A stretch of 64,000 nt of DNA from Bispira polyomma. Its lineage: Eukaryota. This document shows positions 62,790 to 64,000 of this stretch, one piece after another; the first letter of the stretch is position 1, and each line of letters starts with the position of its first letter. The translations under genes and the position numbers were made by a program. The stretch is taken from contig OZ287754.1 in assembly GCA_965649765.1 (NCBI GenBank), positions 37,510,001-37,574,000 of the forward strand. Reading direction: 5' to 3'. The notes under the pieces were generated by a model that saw only the letters and a program-made list of their open reading frames with translations, had not been told where the DNA came from and searched no databases.

Positions 62790-64000
62790 GGCTCTTGTTA
62801 TATTTATAAATATAAAATATAAGCAATATGCTATGTTATTTTGCACAAAACGTGATTTTTAAATTGATGGAAGTTTGTATTTGAAGCTAATTCTTTGAGG
62901 TCACATCTTAGTACTTTTTAGTTGTATTATGTAATTTGTCGTGAATTTTTAATGTTTTCGGACTCTTTCTGACTGTTTTGTGTTATATTTAACCTATATA
63001 AGCATAATAATTATATTTTATCAGTGGATAATAAATGTAAAACAACCCTTGTGTGCATTAAGAAGATAAAACGCACAATACTCGCGCTACCGTGCTCGTA
63101 TTGTACTAATCATCTTCTTTCGTCATATATTTTTTTATTATACAACACTCGGGTAGTTTTACTATTGTATCACCCAGTGCCCGAAACTATATTATATAAA
63201 ATGTAATATTTACTGATATTACCAAGTTTTTAAAAAAAATTTTTTTTACTATATTAATATAAACACTAGTAAAAATTACATCAAATAGAAACCTTAAGCA
63301 ATACTAGGCTACAATACTAAAATTGTGTTTTAAGGTACCTTGTTTTAGATGTTTTATTTTATATATTGTGTAAATTTAGCAGAATATCTGTTTTAAAAAA
63401 ATGAGTAAATTCAATATTAAAACCTTGAAAAGTGACGCAAATCCTGTCATTTTAAATCTATTTTCATAGGCAACGTGTGTTAACTACCTCAGAGTGGAGG
63501 ATGATACATAGTGTAGTGTGAAATTTCTTGAAATCCCTGGAAATTTTAGTTATTTCGTGAATTGCCTAATTGAATCAGAGATTTCACGAAATTACTACAA
63601 AAAATCACGAAATTCCTGATTGCATTATTTGACTGTAACATATATACTGTATACACAACATTTGCATTAGTTTTTGTAATAAAGCTTGAAATAAAGTCAA
63701 CAATAAAATTAAAACAACCCTTGTGGTGTGCATATTGAAAAAGTACATGACTCAAGGAGATAAAATGCACCTTACTCGCCCTACCAGGCTGGTATTGTAC
63801 TGTTTATCTTCTTTTGTCATATAATTTTGTACTAGATACACCACTTACTTTTGTCAGACCCAGGTCCTATGTGTTCTTAATTGAGCATTTAACTCAGAAA
63901 CATTTTTTTGTTTTTCTTGTGCATTTTGTGCACATTATCTAATCAGTTTAGCACTGTCTTTTTTATTGATGACAAAGTACATATACAAAATAAAATACAT

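Larger units (their letters stand above)
59020..64000 (+). repeat. Segmental duplicate of 36665-42240 (upstream region, exon 1 and intron 1 of VWA paralog 2)
   Basis: Colinear blocks: Harbinger relic; 39250-40850 vs 59855-61278; intron 1 blocks; each copy has its own insertions. Confidence 0.9.

Overview
AT-rich, intron-containing animal (invertebrate-type) genomic DNA; no prokaryotic operons, rRNA, true tRNA or CRISPR arrays. Most short ORFs in the track are spurious, and the real genes had to be assembled by hand from splice sites. (1) A head-to-tail cluster of at least three paralogous + strand genes for small secreted proteins. Two are complete (8 coding exons each, identical intron phases 1,1,0,2,2,0,1; 299 and 313 aa) and exon 1 of a third lies at the right edge. 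Architecture: signal peptide, His-containing CxxC-x14-CGCCPxPCCCKC module, one VWA domain with intact MIDAS and extra Cys, CFCCC, and a His/Tyr/Gly- or Pro/Tyr-rich tail. (2) A full-length, young but frameshifted Ngaro-type tyrosine-recombinase retrotransposon (49735-56397) with split direct repeats A1...B1A2...B2. It shows an in-frame TAG between gag and pol, a phase-matched splice donor/acceptor that would fuse the gag N-terminus to an ATG-less recombinase, and a stem-rich spacer. A second, decayed gag lies next to it. (3) Scattered exons of an unidentified minus-strand gene in the left third. (4) Many repeats: Harbinger-type MITEs and transposase relics, a Kolobok-like TTAA element with its empty site in the paralogous segment, tRNA-derived SINEs, L2/CR1-type LINE ends, palindromic repeats and (TA)n microsatellites.
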